64,000 nucleotides of DNA from Sphyrna mokarran. Lineage: Eukaryota. The stretch covers positions 6,200,001 to 6,264,000 of the forward strand of contig JAGIQG010000040.1 of NCBI GenBank assembly GCA_024679065.1, written 5' to 3'. Positions within the stretch are counted from its first letter, which is position 1; each line of letters starts with the position of its first letter. The notes under the pieces are model-generated. The model was not told the origin of the DNA and did not search any database. It saw only the letters and a list, made by a program, of their open reading frames with translations. Below, one piece after another: positions 24,880-37,930 of this stretch. The position numbers were made by a program, and so were the translations under genes.

Positions 24880-25339
24880 TCAGTGCTTTCAAACAGTCGT
24901 TCTCTCAAGATCACAAGAACCTGCCCTGCTCTGTAAGGAACTGTTCCTGCTTACAATATGTTAGTCCTGCTTCGGAGTTAGAGATTTCCGGTCAAGGTCC
25001 ACTCCGGAGATGTCAGTCCAGACTGTTGCCGAGTGTCAACACCAAGAATGTACTGGACAGCCATAGTTGCTATATTTCACACTAGACATTAATCTTAGGT
25101 CACACATCTTTTATGCAAAATATCCCAGAACATTATTTTAGAAAATCATTGTGGGTTTCATACAATCGTGGAATCACACAGTGCAGGAGGAGACCTTCGG
25201 TGCATTGAGTCTGTACTGAAACACGAGAAACTCCCACATCTTAGCAATTAACCCATAGCCCTGAAAGTTATGAGGAGCCTAGTGTTCATTCAGGTAATTT
25301 CTGATTCCAGAGATGAGGGAGAGGGGTGGGTGTGGGTTA

Positions 25340-25645
25340 GCTTCTGAGGAGAGACTGAGTAGATTTTGGGCCTGTACTCGTTGGAATTTAGAAGGCTGAG
25401 AGGACACGTTATAGAGACATATAAGATAATGAAAGGGCTAGAAAGGGTAGAAGCAGGGACGTTATTTCCACTTAGAATGGAAACAAGAACTAGAGGGCAC
25501 AGCCTCAAAATAAGGGGAAGTCAATTTAGAACAGAGTTGAGGAGAAACGTTTTTCTCCCAGAGGGTAGTGAATCTTTGGAATTCTCTGCCCATTGAAGCA
25601 GTGGAGGCTACCTCATTAAATGTGTTTAAGTCAGAGGTAGATATC
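25340..25645 (+). mobile_element. CR1-like LINE 3' fragment
   Basis: LGLYSLEFRRLRGHVIETYKIMKGLERV..RTRGHSLKI peptide. Confidence 0.85.
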
Positions 25646-25884
25646 AGGCAGAAATTGACGGCAATGTCAGTCAGCATCAAACTTGACACAGTTAAACTTG
25701 TGTCTTTATCCCCGGCCTGAAGTTCTGCAGAAACACGCATTTTAGCAAAATTTATTTTATCTTCAGAACCCCAGAATTATTTTCACATTATAAGCTCGCG
25801 CTGTTCATCTGGTGCTGCCGGTAACCGTTTAAATAATAACTGCTCCTTGTCGTATCATATAAAAAGGTGAATGTCACTGCTTCT
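25646..25884 (-). pseudogene. Internal V fragment, family C, bounded by LINE pieces
   Basis: Close match to 22040-22265 (same NGYRQ lesion); both ends replaced by LINE sequence. Confidence 0.82.
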
Positions 25885-25889
25885 GTAAG

Positions 25890-26430
25890 GCCGTCAACAC
25901 AGCCTAGGTTAACAAAAGGGTTTTCCTCTCATCCCCCCAAAACCGTTACCCTCTCACCTTGAACTTGTGTCCCCTCGTGACTGACCCTTCAAACAAGAAC
26001 AGCACATTCCTTTATACTCTGTCATGGTCCTTGTAATCTTGTACACCTCGATCAGGTCGCCCCTCAGTCTTTTCTGCTCTAACGAAAACAACATAAGCTT
26101 ATGCAAACTCTCTTCATAAATGTTCCATTACAGCAAAGCCCTGGTGAATCTCGTCTGCACACTCTCCAATGTAATCATACCTTTCAGATAGTGTGGCGAC
26201 CACAATTGCACTCAGTACTCTTATCTAATCTACACAACTCCCACATGACCTCCCAGATAATCTAAACTGCACCTCGATAGATAAAGACAAGTATCTCATA
26301 TGCATTTTTCACCTTCCCATTAGATGCTTTTCTGTCTTCAGAGATTTGTTCACAACCATGTCAATGTCCCTTTGTTCCACAGAAATACTCGGTGTCATGT
26401 CATTCATTGAATAATTCCTTGCCCACTTAT
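25890..26430 (-). mobile_element. CR1-like LINE fragment
   Basis: Reverse complement of L-EY-C-VQ-W-SP and RRLRGDLIEVYKI motifs. Confidence 0.75.
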
Positions 26431-26549
26431 TACTTCCATCTATCCTGGGCCTGTCCTTAGCTCTCAAGCAGCATCAATGATAATATCAGGTAGTGGTTGT
26501 TGGAGAGCCGCCGACAATAACGATTTCAGCAACAATAGCGGCAATATTA

Positions 26550-26800
26550 ATAAAGTAACAAAAATTAGTCACAAGTAAAGCTTCTACATTAACACTGCAA
26601 TTAAGTTGTTGCGAAATTCCTCGAGTCGCCAAAATGCGGTGCCTATTCGGATCAATGCACCTAATCAGCACTTCAGGGAAAACCTACCCAGACACAAGTA
26701 GAAGATGCAAATCCCACACGGAGAGTGACTGAAGTCGATAATCAAGCCGAGGTTCCTTGCGCCGCGAAGCACGAGTGTTGAAGACTGTGCTACTGTGCCA
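26550..26800 (-). mobile_element. tRNA-derived shark SINE
   Basis: Same family as 14225-14525. Confidence 0.72.
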
Positions 26801-27214
26801 CCCAATTAGCTGCAAAAGCGACTGTGACAATGAGATTTGAGCATGCTAGAATTGATGTTCAAGTCAAAATCAAAAACAGATTCAATTCATGAAGATACTG
26901 CAAGCTGTGACCAGAGAAATCCTTGCCGTTAAAATGATTTAGCCTAATTAACTTCCATCAAGCTTACTCGCCCAAATATGACTAACATGCATTCTCTATA
27001 ACAAAACTTCTGATGACCGAATTTTCTGTGGAAAAATAAAAGAAATACAATGCAGGATGGCAGTTATTTCGCCGGAAACTTGTGATTTTTTTGCTTTTTG
27101 TAGAAAGGAAAACGAGTTCATGGTATCATTTGTTAAGGGAAATATAACATATTAACCTCAGTTACAATTTGCAATTTCTGTGAGATCCATCTGGTGTTCG
27201 CTGAGTGTGAGAGC

Positions 27215-27560
27215 GGGTGGCACGACAGCATAGTGGTTAGTACTGCTGCTTCACACTCCAGGGACCTGGGTCCGATTCCCGGCTCGGGTCACTGTCTGTG
27301 TGGAGTTTGCACATCCCCCCCACTCCCCACCGCTGTCTGTGTAGGTTTCCTCCGGGTGCTCTGGTTTGTTCCCACAGTTCAAAGATATGCGGGTTAGGTT
27401 GATTGGCCATGCTAAAACTGCCTGTTAGTGACCGAGATGCGGAAGTTAGAGGGATTAGCGGGTAAATATGTAGTGATATGGGGTGGGGGGGGCCTGGGTG
27501 GGATTGTGGTCGGTGCAGACTCGATGACCGAAGGGCCTCTTTCTGCACTGTATGATTTTA
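27215..27560 (+). mobile_element. tRNA-derived shark SINE (HE1-like), near full length
   Basis: A/B-box head (gtggttagtactgctgc..gggtccgattccc), core ggttaggttgattggccatgctaaa, LINE-like 3' end. Confidence 0.82.
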
Positions 27561-28135
27561 AGCATAGGATGCGCAAAACGGTAATACTGATTTCAGACGT
27601 ACAACTTTTAAAAAGAATTCAGGAATAGGAAAACATTTTGATGATCACTCATGATGAAAATGAAGGGTGGAATTGGCACAGTATAGAGAATGCCCTATTC
27701 GTGCTTCTATTTTCAGTTCCCAACATTCTCTGAACAGAAAAAAAACGTCGAACTAAGCTGTATGTATGAGCAAACATAAACTGGGCCCCTGGCAGAGACC
27801 GGAAGAGACAATCTTTGAACTTGAGATCAGAGCTCAAACCAATATCTCCATTTTGTTCTGCTCTTGATGAAGAGACAGACACATGATTTGTGCGAGATGG
27901 AGGTAACCATAGAATCAGCAAGCGGCAGTTTGGCCAGATGTATAACGAAATTATCCCCTTGATAATGTTGCAATGTGAAGGTACCAAACAATGAGCGAAT
28001 CTGTTTGTTCACCAGCCTGTAACTAAAATTCTAACTTAATTATTCCTCTGGAGACGCTCGCTGAGAATAAATGAGGGACGCTCTGAAACCAGCGCAGCGC
28101 TAAGTTTTAAGCTTTGTTTTACTTTCTGAGAAAGG

Positions 28136-30301
28136 ATGCATGGACCAGCGAAAGGTCTCTTCTTCGCCATTTTTTATCCCGTTCTCGCTGCCATTGGTAT
28201 TCCTGGTAGGTGAAAAATCCCAACTAATTCTCATGACTTGAAATGTGTGGCTTTACACGAACATTAAAGTTTTACTTTTGAACATTTGGTTTTGTTCGAA
28301 TGTAGTAAAATGCGATCCAGTGCTTTCAGTGTTATGTAGGACAAAGTGTTTAAAGTGACTTGTATTTCATCCACTGGTATGCATAGGCTCAAAAAATGAG
28401 CTGTTACAGTCTAATAAATCGGTTAGATGCATTGAAATAGACCATTCATTCAGTACTTACATGAACCTATGCTGCGACAGCCAGCAGTTAATAATAATTG
28501 ATCTGTAGTGAGGTAGCACTGGGCCACCCACATTGCTATTGACTTTTCAAGAATTAATTATTGGAACTTTTGAAAGAGGTGCGTGGGGTTTCATGTTTCG
28601 TAATGCATTATGCATTTTGTCTTGCTTTGATAAGTCTAGTAAATCTTGGATAATTATATGTTTAATTACTAGCTGTGTGTGTGTAGGATGGCAAGGCAGT
28701 ATTTACACGCGTGATGTCGTTTCCATCTCTCGCTTTCACTTGAAAAAGTGATGTTGGATTTGCTTCTTCAGATATTCGAGTAATTAGGGGATACCTCACA
28801 AGACTTCAACAAATTAAATTTATAACGACTGGCAAAATGATTTAGCTTTTCCCAAAGAAGTTGACTTTATCATCTGAAGCACAAATGGGAAGTTTAATCT
28901 TTGAAAGATGGAATTCTAGAGATTGGGGTCTCGGCAGTAAAGGCACAACTGAAAAGATTAAATCGGGGGCCATGAAAGTTCAGATTCGGGAAGATAGGTG
29001 TAGCATGTTAGCAAAATCGGGAAAGGCGAGATGATGGAGGGATTTCAATTCGAAGCACGAGATTAATTAGAGACGCTGACTGAATGGACCGGATTGGCAC
29101 AAATAAGAGCAACAGCAAATTTTCGGAGAATTTGAAATAATTATCAGAGGGGTCAACTCAGCAGCAGAGAACAGAATTAAAATTTGGACTGAGTGCAATG
29201 TCTCCTGATTTTAAATATTTGTAATCCAGTTTTCAATGTCTTTTCATTGCCAAAGACTTTGCAATCAGTGGAGTCTGGAGGTGGCAAAATGAAGGATGAG
29301 GATGCTTGCAGTAACTCACTGGATGGTGCAGCAACTGGGTTTAGAGCCCTCTCAGTAACACATCTCTCTCTATCTCTTTCTATCTCACAGCCAACTTAGT
29401 GACGATAGTAATCTTATCCCGAGGGCGGTGCGGACTCTCACGGTGCATTACCTACTACCTGGTCGCGATAGCATTGACTGATTTCTTCGTCATCATCACC
29501 GCCATAATCCTCAACCGGATTGGCCGCATCTACTTTCAGAACAGTGTCCTGTCTACCACCCCGGTCTGCACACTCAGCGCTCTCCTGGTCTATTTTGCTC
29601 GGGATGGTTCAGTCTGGCTGACAGTGGCTTTCACCATCGACCGTTTTGTGGCCATTTGCTGCCAGAGCCTGAAGACCAGATTCTGCACGGATAAAACAGC
29701 ATTGCTGGTTATAGGAATGGTCTGTGTTCTGAGTTGCGTCAGGAATGTCCCCTTCTACTTCACTTACCAACCCTTGTACGTCCTGGACGGGGTGCCCTGG
29801 TTCTGTGCCGTTAAGTCTAGCTATTACACGCTGCTCGCCTGGCAAGCCTTTGACTGGCTGGACCACATCTTAACTCCGTTTCTCCCGTTCCTCCTCATCC
29901 TGTTTCTCAACGCTCTAACTGTAAAACACATCTTAGCAGCCAGTAGAGCCCGCAGGAGGCTCCGGGGGAAGGAGGATCACGGGGATCCAGAGATGGCCAA
30001 TCGCAAGAAGTCCATTATTTTGCTCTTCGCCATCTCCCTCAGCTTCCTCCTCCTCTGGGTCACCTATGTATTACACTTCCTCTATGTGCGGATTACAGGT
30101 GAGGGTTACCGCACCAGCCTGGATTTCAAAGACCCCCGGTACATCTTTCAGGAGGCAGCCAACATGCTCCAGTTAGTCAGTTCCTGCAACAACGTCTTCA
30201 TCTACACAGTCTCCCAGAGCAAGTTTCGAGATGACCTGAAAAAGGTTCTGCTATATCCCTTCACCACACTGAAATACACATCAGCATGTGCTTGGATTTG
30301 A
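28136..30301 (+). CDS. GPR139-like: GPR139/GPR142-like orphan class A GPCR, 2 exons (28136-28205, 29391-30301), 326 aa
   Basis: Exon 1 MHGPAKGLFFAIFYPVLAAIGIP splices in phase 1 (GT/AG) to ANLVTIVILSR; seven hydrophobic segments, SVWLTVAFTIDRFVAIC, LPFLLILFLN, NNVFIY; the intron in G-x-P|A-N matches GPR139-type structure as I recall it. Confidence 0.88.
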
Positions 30302-30489
30302 TCAACTTAGATCTGTGTGTGTAACTCCGTCTCTCTGGAATCAGAAACTACTGGGCTTCAGATACAGGATTTGAGATATGTGAGGCTTATTATCCAGTGC
30401 CCACAGCCCCTGTTGTTGCTCTGAATGACTGCTGAGTTCTCAGAGTTGCTAACTTCCTGGAGGAGACAATGGAGTGATGGAGATTTTCA

Positions 30490-31750
30490 TCATAGAAAGA
30501 GGCCCTTCGGCCATAAACACCTATCTGATCAATTCCCATTTTGCAACAGTTAGTTCGCTACCTTGTATGCCATGACCTTTCATCTAAATGACTCTTAAAT
30601 GTGACCGTTCTTGCCCTTGCCATAATTTCAGGCCGTGAGTTCCCGATTCCGATCACACTCTAGATGAAAACATTTTCCTTAGATCTCCTTCAAATAAACT
30701 GCTCCTTATCTTAGATCTATGCCCGTGGTTATCGACCCGTCTACTCAGAGGGACCATCTAGCTTATCGATATCACTCATAATTTGGTCCACATCAGTGAG
30801 TTTCCTCTCACCCTTCTCCACTCTAAGAAAAATAATCCCAGCCTATCCAGCCTCTTTTCATAGCTGAAAACTTCAGTCAAGACAGCATCCTGGTAAACCC
30901 CTTTAATATCCTTCCCAATGCAACCACATGTTTTCTGTAGTGTAACGAACCGAAATTCACATGGTATTCTAGCAATCGCATAGCGAGAGTTTTATACAGC
31001 TCTAACATAATCTCCGTGCTCTTATCATCTATTTAATAAAACAAATACACCATACAATTTCTTAACCACGTCATCTATCTGTCTTGCTGGCTTCACAGAT
31101 CTTTGGATGTGGACCACCAAGGACTCTCCGTTCCTTTGTACATCCAAGCGTCCTGCCGTTCACTGTCCATTTCCATGACATACAAACCCTCCTGAAATGC
31201 TTGACCTTATGCTTTTGAGGGTTAAATTCCATTTGGCTCCGTTCTGCCCATCTGACCATCCTATCGTATCATCAGGTAATCCATGGGTCTCCTCTTACCG
31301 AATACCACAGCACTATTATTTGTTTGATCTGCAATCTTATGATCACACCCCCCCCCCACACCGATGTTCGAGTCACAGGCCTGTAATGACTTTTTCCCCC
31401 TGCATGATTTTTTGAACATTAGCGCCACATTGACTGTCCTCATATCCTTTGCATTTCTCCAATAGCCAGAGAGGCGATAAAAATTATCGCCAGAGTCCCT
31501 GCAATCGCCGCGCTTGCTTTGCAGAGCTGCTGAAGATGCATCTCATTTGGCTCTCGGAGTTTATCCACTTTTAAGTCGGATAATACGCCTAACACCTCCT
31601 CCCTTTCAATACAAATCTGTTTAATTTTAACAGTCTTTACCTTGATCTATATATCGACATCGCCCTTCGCCATGGTGAACATATGCAAAATATCCGTTTA
31701 ATATCTCTCCCACTTCTCTGAGCTTCGCATACAGTTTGCCACTGTGATTA
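30490..31750 (-). mobile_element. CR1-like LINE fragments
   Basis: RWAERSQMEFNPQKHKVKHF peptide and 3' UTR. Confidence 0.75.
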
Positions 31751-31827
31751 CAGCAGGAAAGTGTGTAACTAATTCCAGAGAACTTGGGAAGTGGTCACAA
31801 CGTGAATGGCCCTATAATGCTTAATGG

Positions 31828-31955
31828 CCCTTCCTTCCTTCCTCCCAAGCCTTCTTTCTAGTCTTCGTTCCAACTTTCTTCCAACCTTTCTTTCTTCCTT
31901 CCTTCCTTCCTACCATTCTTCCTTTCTTCCAACTTTTCTTCCAACTTTCCAATCT
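31828..31955. repeat. (CCTT/CTTT)n-like microsatellite
   Basis: Visible low-complexity pyrimidine repeat. Confidence 0.85.
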
Positions 31956-32057
31956 TATCATCTGTTGCTGTTGATTGCTTTCCTTCTACTCTTCCACTGC
32001 AGAAAAGAACTGCGGGCTTTTCAGGCATTCTTGCTGATCATAGCCTTTCTGTTACAG

Positions 32058-32535
32058 TCATAGAATCATAGAGGATTACAGCATGGAAACAGGCCCTTCG
32101 GCTCAACTTGTCATGCCACCCTTACTTTTCTCTGAAACCCCTAAGCTAATCCCAATTGCCCGCACTTGGTCCATATCCCTCTATATCCATCGTAGCCATG
32201 TAACTATCTAAATGCTTTTTAAAAGATAAAACTGTACCCGCCTCTACTACTACCTTTGGCAGCATGTCCCAGACAATCACCGCCCACTGTGTGAAAAAAT
32301 TGCCCCTTTGGACAATTCAACTTATGTGCTCTAGTTTTAGACTCCCCTACCTTTGGGAAAAGGTATTAACTATCTACCTTGTCTATACCCCTCATTATTT
32401 TATAGAGTTCTATAAGGTCACCCCTCAGCCTCCTACGCTCCAGAAAAAAAAGTCCCAGTCTATTCAGCCTCTCCTTATAACTCAAGCCGACAAATCCCAG
32501 TAGCATCCTAGTAAACCTTTTTCTGCACTCTTTCT
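32058..32535 (-). mobile_element. CR1-like LINE 3' end
   Basis: RFTRMLLG..LSYKERLNRLGLFFLERRRLRGDLIELYKIMRGIDKVD. Confidence 0.85.
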
Positions 32536-32834
32536 CGTTTAATAATATCCTTAATGGTCCTGTAACTTTTGTGGTTGAAATTTTATTCTTGAGGTATGAC
32601 GGCAATCACAATGGAGAGATGGTGTCCTTATGATATTGTCACTGGACTTGTAATCCAGAAACATAGTATAATGTTCCGAGGCTTCAAATCTACCTTGGCA
32701 GATGGTGATAGTTAAATTCAAAAATCTGTGATTAAAAGACTAGAGATGATCATTAAACCATTGCCAACTGGGGAAAAACACTTCGATCACTAATATCCTT
32801 TGGGGAAGGAAATGTATAATGTACATGAAGTTCT

Positions 32835-33075
32835 TTATTAATCTCAAATAAGGCTTACAATCACACTGCAATGAAATTACTGGGAAAATGCCCCTAGTCG
32901 CCAGAGTGTGGCGCCTGCTCACGTCAAGGCAACTAACCAGCATATCTTTCAGAATATAGTAGGAAACCGGAGTACTCGGAGGAAAGTCACTCAGACACGG
33001 GAAAACGTGCAAACACTACTCAGATAGTCAGCAAAGCCAGGAATCGGGCCTGGGCGTCTAGCGCTGTGAAGCAGC
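32835..33075 (-). mobile_element. tRNA-derived shark SINE
   Basis: Same family as 14225-14525. Confidence 0.75.
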
Positions 33076-33996
33076 AATTCTAACCCTTGTGTTAGCATGC
33101 AGCTCCATATACCGCCCGTACCCTGACTGGCCTACATGTGACTCCAGATCACAGCAATATAGTTGACTCTGAAATTTTCTCTGACATGGAGGGTAGTTTT
33201 GGACGGGGCAGCGATCCCCCAAATCACCTGAACAAATGTTAAAAATCCCACTGCTACTTGGATTCCCGTTTGCACTACTTACAAATTCATTCTCTCGATG
33301 CATCCAGAGATAGCTAGAATCATAGAACCATAGAAATGATACAGAACAGAAGGGGCCATTCGGCCCATTTTGTTCATGCTGACCAAAATACATCCTTTCT
33401 AATATCATTTCCTTGCACGCGACATACAGCCCTGCTACTTACAGCAGTGAAGGGTGGAGATGAGGGTACTTTTTAATCGAGTTAAGTTAACTACTCGAAC
33501 ATGATGATTCGGTGTCTATTTAAATGTTGCTCAGTGAAAATTTCAATCATCCTTCCTTTTGTAGCATATAGACACTTGAACACTGAACCATTTCCGTTCA
33601 AAATAAAACAGAAATAAATTCCTCTTTATTATGTAAAACTGTTGCTTCATTTCAATGGCATCTTCGTATGATGCTGTCAAACTAGATTAGTAAAAAGTGG
33701 AGGACTGAGCTGCATTGATGCAGGTGGAAGAACACACAAAAAACACGTACACAGTGACTGACAGAGGCCTGAGGAGAGACATACATCCGGTACACAAGAA
33801 AGCCATCAATTTGGCTCAGATCTTCTTCAAATTATGCCTTACAGCCTCTTACAAATCTCTGCCTCGCTGATAGAGCGTTTAGCAATTGCCTTGGCTGCTG
33901 TTGCTACTGCAATGCAACATAGGCTATACGAACTCTCGGGCCTTCTCAATATTACATTTAAGGTCATTGTCGATTCTCAACAACATGTGAAAGAAA

Positions 33997-34090
33997 CACC
34001 ATCGGCAGGATTCAAACCTATGTGGGGAGAAGCCTCTCCACCCTACAATGAATTTCTAATCCATCACTTGAAACATTTGTCCTCAAATAC
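33997..34090 (-). pseudogene. Decayed tRNA-Ser(AGA) relic
   Basis: Minus strand gtgatggattagaaattcattg..tctccccacataggtttgaatcctgccga aligns with vertebrate tRNA-Ser-AGA; D arm damaged, variable arm expanded. Confidence 0.68.
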
Positions 34091-34360
34091 ATGCTCATGG
34101 TCATGCACATTCTGTTCATATAAAATCATATTGGCTGCAGCAGAGCAGCTCGACATTCCGCCCAACTTGTTCATGTCAGTTCACTGGAAAATCAATTCAA
34201 TTGTTTCCACACACGTTTCCACAACAATTCAAATTCGTTTTGTTTCTTTTTATTCCCCTTGTCAATTTAAAACTTCGGATACTCCACTTCAAATTATGCT
34301 GGCACTTATCCGCTCCAATCTCTTTACTGAGGAGACTTAAATTGTAAACTTCCAAAACTT

Positions 34361-34442
34361 TAGCAGTAGCGGAAGTCAAACACACGTCCCCATCCAGACG
34401 AGAATCACCATTGAGCGCATTAGACCACTCACCCATGTCACC
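34361..34442 (-). pseudogene. Decayed tRNA-Leu relic
   Basis: Minus strand ggtgacatgggtgagtggtctaatgcgct...gtct..ggggacgtgtgtttgacttccgctactgcta is colinear with tRNA-Leu (AAG/TAG type), 82 nt. Confidence 0.6.
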
Positions 34443-35587
34443 AAGGAAACCACACCAACAACAATTGCCTTGAATGATGCCGCCATTATCGCGGAATTTA
34501 CGCTAATCTCGCTTTACAGAATTTGGCCCAGAACTTTGAATGTTAAGGTATTTCCAGTGGTGATCCATTTTTATAGGTTGTAAGGAGAACCACAAATATA
34601 AATGACCAAGGCAGAGCATTTCAGACTCCCACCAACCTGCGACTGAAAATATTATCCTCAAATCCTCTCTGAACTTCCTATCCCTCACCTTAAACCTTCA
34701 TTATTGATCATTCAACCAAAGGATACAGCTGCTTCCTCTACCACCTTTTCATAATCGTTATAATCTGATACGCTTCTATCCAATTCCCGGCCTTCCCCCC
34801 CCTCCCCACACAACCCTCCCCTCTCCCCAACTCTCAGTCTTGTTGTGTCTAACAGAAAAAAGTTGAGGACGTCAGTTTGTGTTTTAATAGGGGAATTGAA
34901 TGTGAGAGTCTTTGTATCACACCTGCTCCGGACTTTGGGAATCATTGTGATTTCTTCAGTGTCAGTGTTCGATTTCAATGCTGTGCCTGTGCCTGATCTG
35001 GGAATATTAATGGGACGATGTCAGGTAAGCTTCAGGCTTCAATATGCTGCATTGTGACAGGCTAAGATATCGCACAGTCCTGCTCTGTAATGTGGCAGAA
35101 TATTAATTGAAGAAAATCAGTAATGTATTACTGTTGTCTATGCCATTAATCAGTTTTGTGCCACTGTACATGAAAAGAGTGGTGTAGAGGTGTCTTTTTC
35201 ACTAACCGGCCACTGGGTTGAGCAGCGGCTCTTTCACTGAATTATTATGGATTCGATATATTACTTTCTTGAGCACATAATCTTCCACAGACTTACTAAT
35301 GAAGTCAGTTACTGTAACAGCGTACTGGTTCAGGCTGGTCACAGTGTTTTTAAATGCTGATCAGATCATTGACTCGAAGCAGCCCCGAAAGAGATAATTC
35401 GATTCCCCAGACCAACAGTTCATGGCTTTTTCTGACTGATCTCGTTAAACAATATAAGTTTGCTACCAATGCTCATCTTATATTTTTGCTTGAAATAGCT
35501 CTTTTGTTTACATTTTCTCAATATTGTTACTGGCCACGGCTGTGAGTCTTGAATGCACTCCGACATTGGACCGAATTCTGTATCCCA

Positions 35588-35601
35588 CTGCCATCTGGTG
35601 G
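35588..35601 (-). promoter_or_regulatory. CTCF motif CCACCAGATGGCAG with upstream TGCAGT module
   Basis: Exact core consensus; TGCAGT 12 nt upstream. Confidence 0.72.
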
Positions 35602-36356
35602 CGGCGAAATTGGACTGCAAATTGTCGTTTTCTATCACCTATGAGTCAAATTCATGTTTAACAGTTTCAGATCAAAAATTCCACTGCGTTTTTAATTATG
35701 AATTATTAGAATTTTAGATGTCACCCGGAGTGGAGACGCTTATTTGACGAGTCCACCTCCTCCATACAAAGACAACTACTGCACACATTCGAACCATGGA
35801 CATTCTGTCACTCAGCCGCTGTCCTCAGCTGCAACGATAAGTGATGAATTTAAAATGCTGGATTTTACTCTCTGAAAAGTGCAGCATTTTGAAAATATCA
35901 GTTGTACCGGTTTTGTGCCTTCTTTCTCAGAAGCAAAGTAAACCGAATTAGTCTGTTCGTTTCTGACTATATGCTGATTCAAAACTTCAAAACTTTCTTC
36001 AAAATCTTGGCGTTCTCTCGATTTCTTCGTGTCCGGGATTTGAACAGAGAACTCCAGCAATGATTTCAGTAGATTTAGCATCAGTATGCTTTAGAAATAC
36101 CAATGGTATAAAGACAAAGGTAAAATACTTTGGATACTGGAACCAGAAACTGAAACAGAAAATGCTGGAAAATCTCAGAGACCCTGACTACATCTGTGGG
36201 GAGAGAATAGAGCCAAAGTTGCGAGTCTGGCAGACTCTTCGTCGGAGCTTCGTCAGAGCAGTATAAAGGTGGCGTCGGAAAAAAAACTTTCCAATTTATA
36301 TTTCTGGGTAGCATTTGTGTCTTGGTATGTGCTGCAGTCAACCATGCAGTCAACCA

Positions 36357-36755
36357 TGTTTTCGTTAGAAAGGAGGAGGCTAAGAGGGGACCTGATCGAA
36401 ACATATAAGATGATTAGAGGTTTAGATAGAGTGGACAGTGATAGCCTTTTTCCTAGGATGGAAAAAGCTAGCACGAGGGGACACAGCTTTAAATTAAGGG
36501 GTGATAGTTATAGGACGGATATCAGAGGTAGGTTCTTTACCCAAAGGGTGGTTCGGGAGTGGAATGCCCTGCCTGCAGCAGTTGTAGATGCGCCAAGTTT
36601 GGTGGCGTTTAAGAGGTTAGTTGATAAGTATATGGAAGAGAAGGGAATGGTTTAGTTTGGAGGGGCATTGCTTTTTATATTGGTCGGCGCAACATCGAAG
36701 GCCGAAGGGCCTGTTCTGTGCTGTAGTGTTCTATGTTCTATGTTCTATGTTCTAT
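36357..36755 (+). mobile_element. Young 5'-truncated CR1-like LINE with (TTCTATG)n tail
   Basis: Open C-terminal ORF2 peptide FSLERRRLRGDLIETYKMIRGLDRVD...FKRLVDKYM. Confidence 0.9.
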
Positions 36756-37484
36756 GAATCCACTCAACAGGCAAATTCCACCTTGCATTAAACTGGATCC
36801 GCCAGCTGGGGACGCCAAAGAGACTCACTCAGCAACACAAACAGTCAATTTTCTGACTGAAATCAGGTTTTGTGTGCTGGTGAACTGCCACCTTGAACCG
36901 CTGCAATGGCTGAGGTGTAAGTACACCCACACCGCTCCATTTACTGCTGTCCGGGCTGAAGAAAAGAATCGGGAAACACGTGTACGTTCAGCTGTTTGGA
37001 ATTAGCAAGAAACCAAAGATCTGACTGGATAAGAGCTTTTCACTCGTAGAAATGAACTAACTCACAGAAGCAGAGGACGTAACTCAATAATAACTTAATT
37101 TCATGCTCTGTTCAACTCGACCAATAACTTCATGCAAACATGTTGGTATTTGCTTTGAATTTGCTCCTCATTATTGCAGCTTTCTTAAAAGACACTTTTA
37201 CAAAGAACAAAATACCGTTCGTGCAGTCATGTGTTCTGCGTTAACATTATTTTCTCTCGATTTCTAAAGTGATCTATCACATGATGATGTTAAGCATAAT
37301 TATCGGGTGGTAAAAACACCGGGTTTAGTTTGGCCAAAACGAGCAATAGCAATGACAGCGCACTCTGATCGCATTCAGCTCCGTTCCGTCAACTCAGACA
37401 ATGCACTGCATACGAGAAAGGAGGCAAAAGCATCAAATATTTGCCTGTGACCGAATATGTTACCTAGAATCAAAGCAAAGTATT

Positions 37485-37930
37485 GCTAAAGTTCAGAAGG
37501 AGGCTATTCGGCCATCGAGCCTGCACTGACAAGGATCCCACACAGGCATTATACCCATAACTACATGTAACCCTTGTTAATCTCCCTGAAAATAAGGGTC
37601 AATTTATCATGGCCAATCACCCTCATCTGCACATCGTTGAAGTGCAGAAGGAAACCGGTGCACCTGGAGCAAATCCACGCAGAGGGAGGGAGAATGTGCA
37701 GATTCCACTCAGACACTCACCCCCAAGGCCAGAATTGAGCCGGGTTCCTAGTGCTGTGAGAAAGCAGTGGTCCAAGACTGGAACTGAATCCGGGTCCTCA
37801 GTGCTGTGAAACAGCAGTGGCCCAAGACCAGAATTAAACCTGGGTTCCCGGTGCTGTGAGTTAGCAGGGGCTTAAGAATGGAAATGGATCTGGGTTCCTG
37901 ATGCTGCGAGACTGTAGCAGCAACCACTCT
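37485..37930 (-). mobile_element. SINE with four tandem ~50-nt copies of its tRNA-like head (37723-37920)
   Basis: Repeated ccaagaccagaattgaacctgggttcc.gtgctgtgag..agcagtgg units. Confidence 0.78.

Noticed and set aside
33834-34340. 168-aa ORF
   Set aside because: No recognisable homology; it overlaps the antisense of a tRNA-Ser relic.
35715-35840. Possible additional tRNA-Leu-like relics (also ~55730-55830)
   Set aside because: Similarity too short to support by eye.
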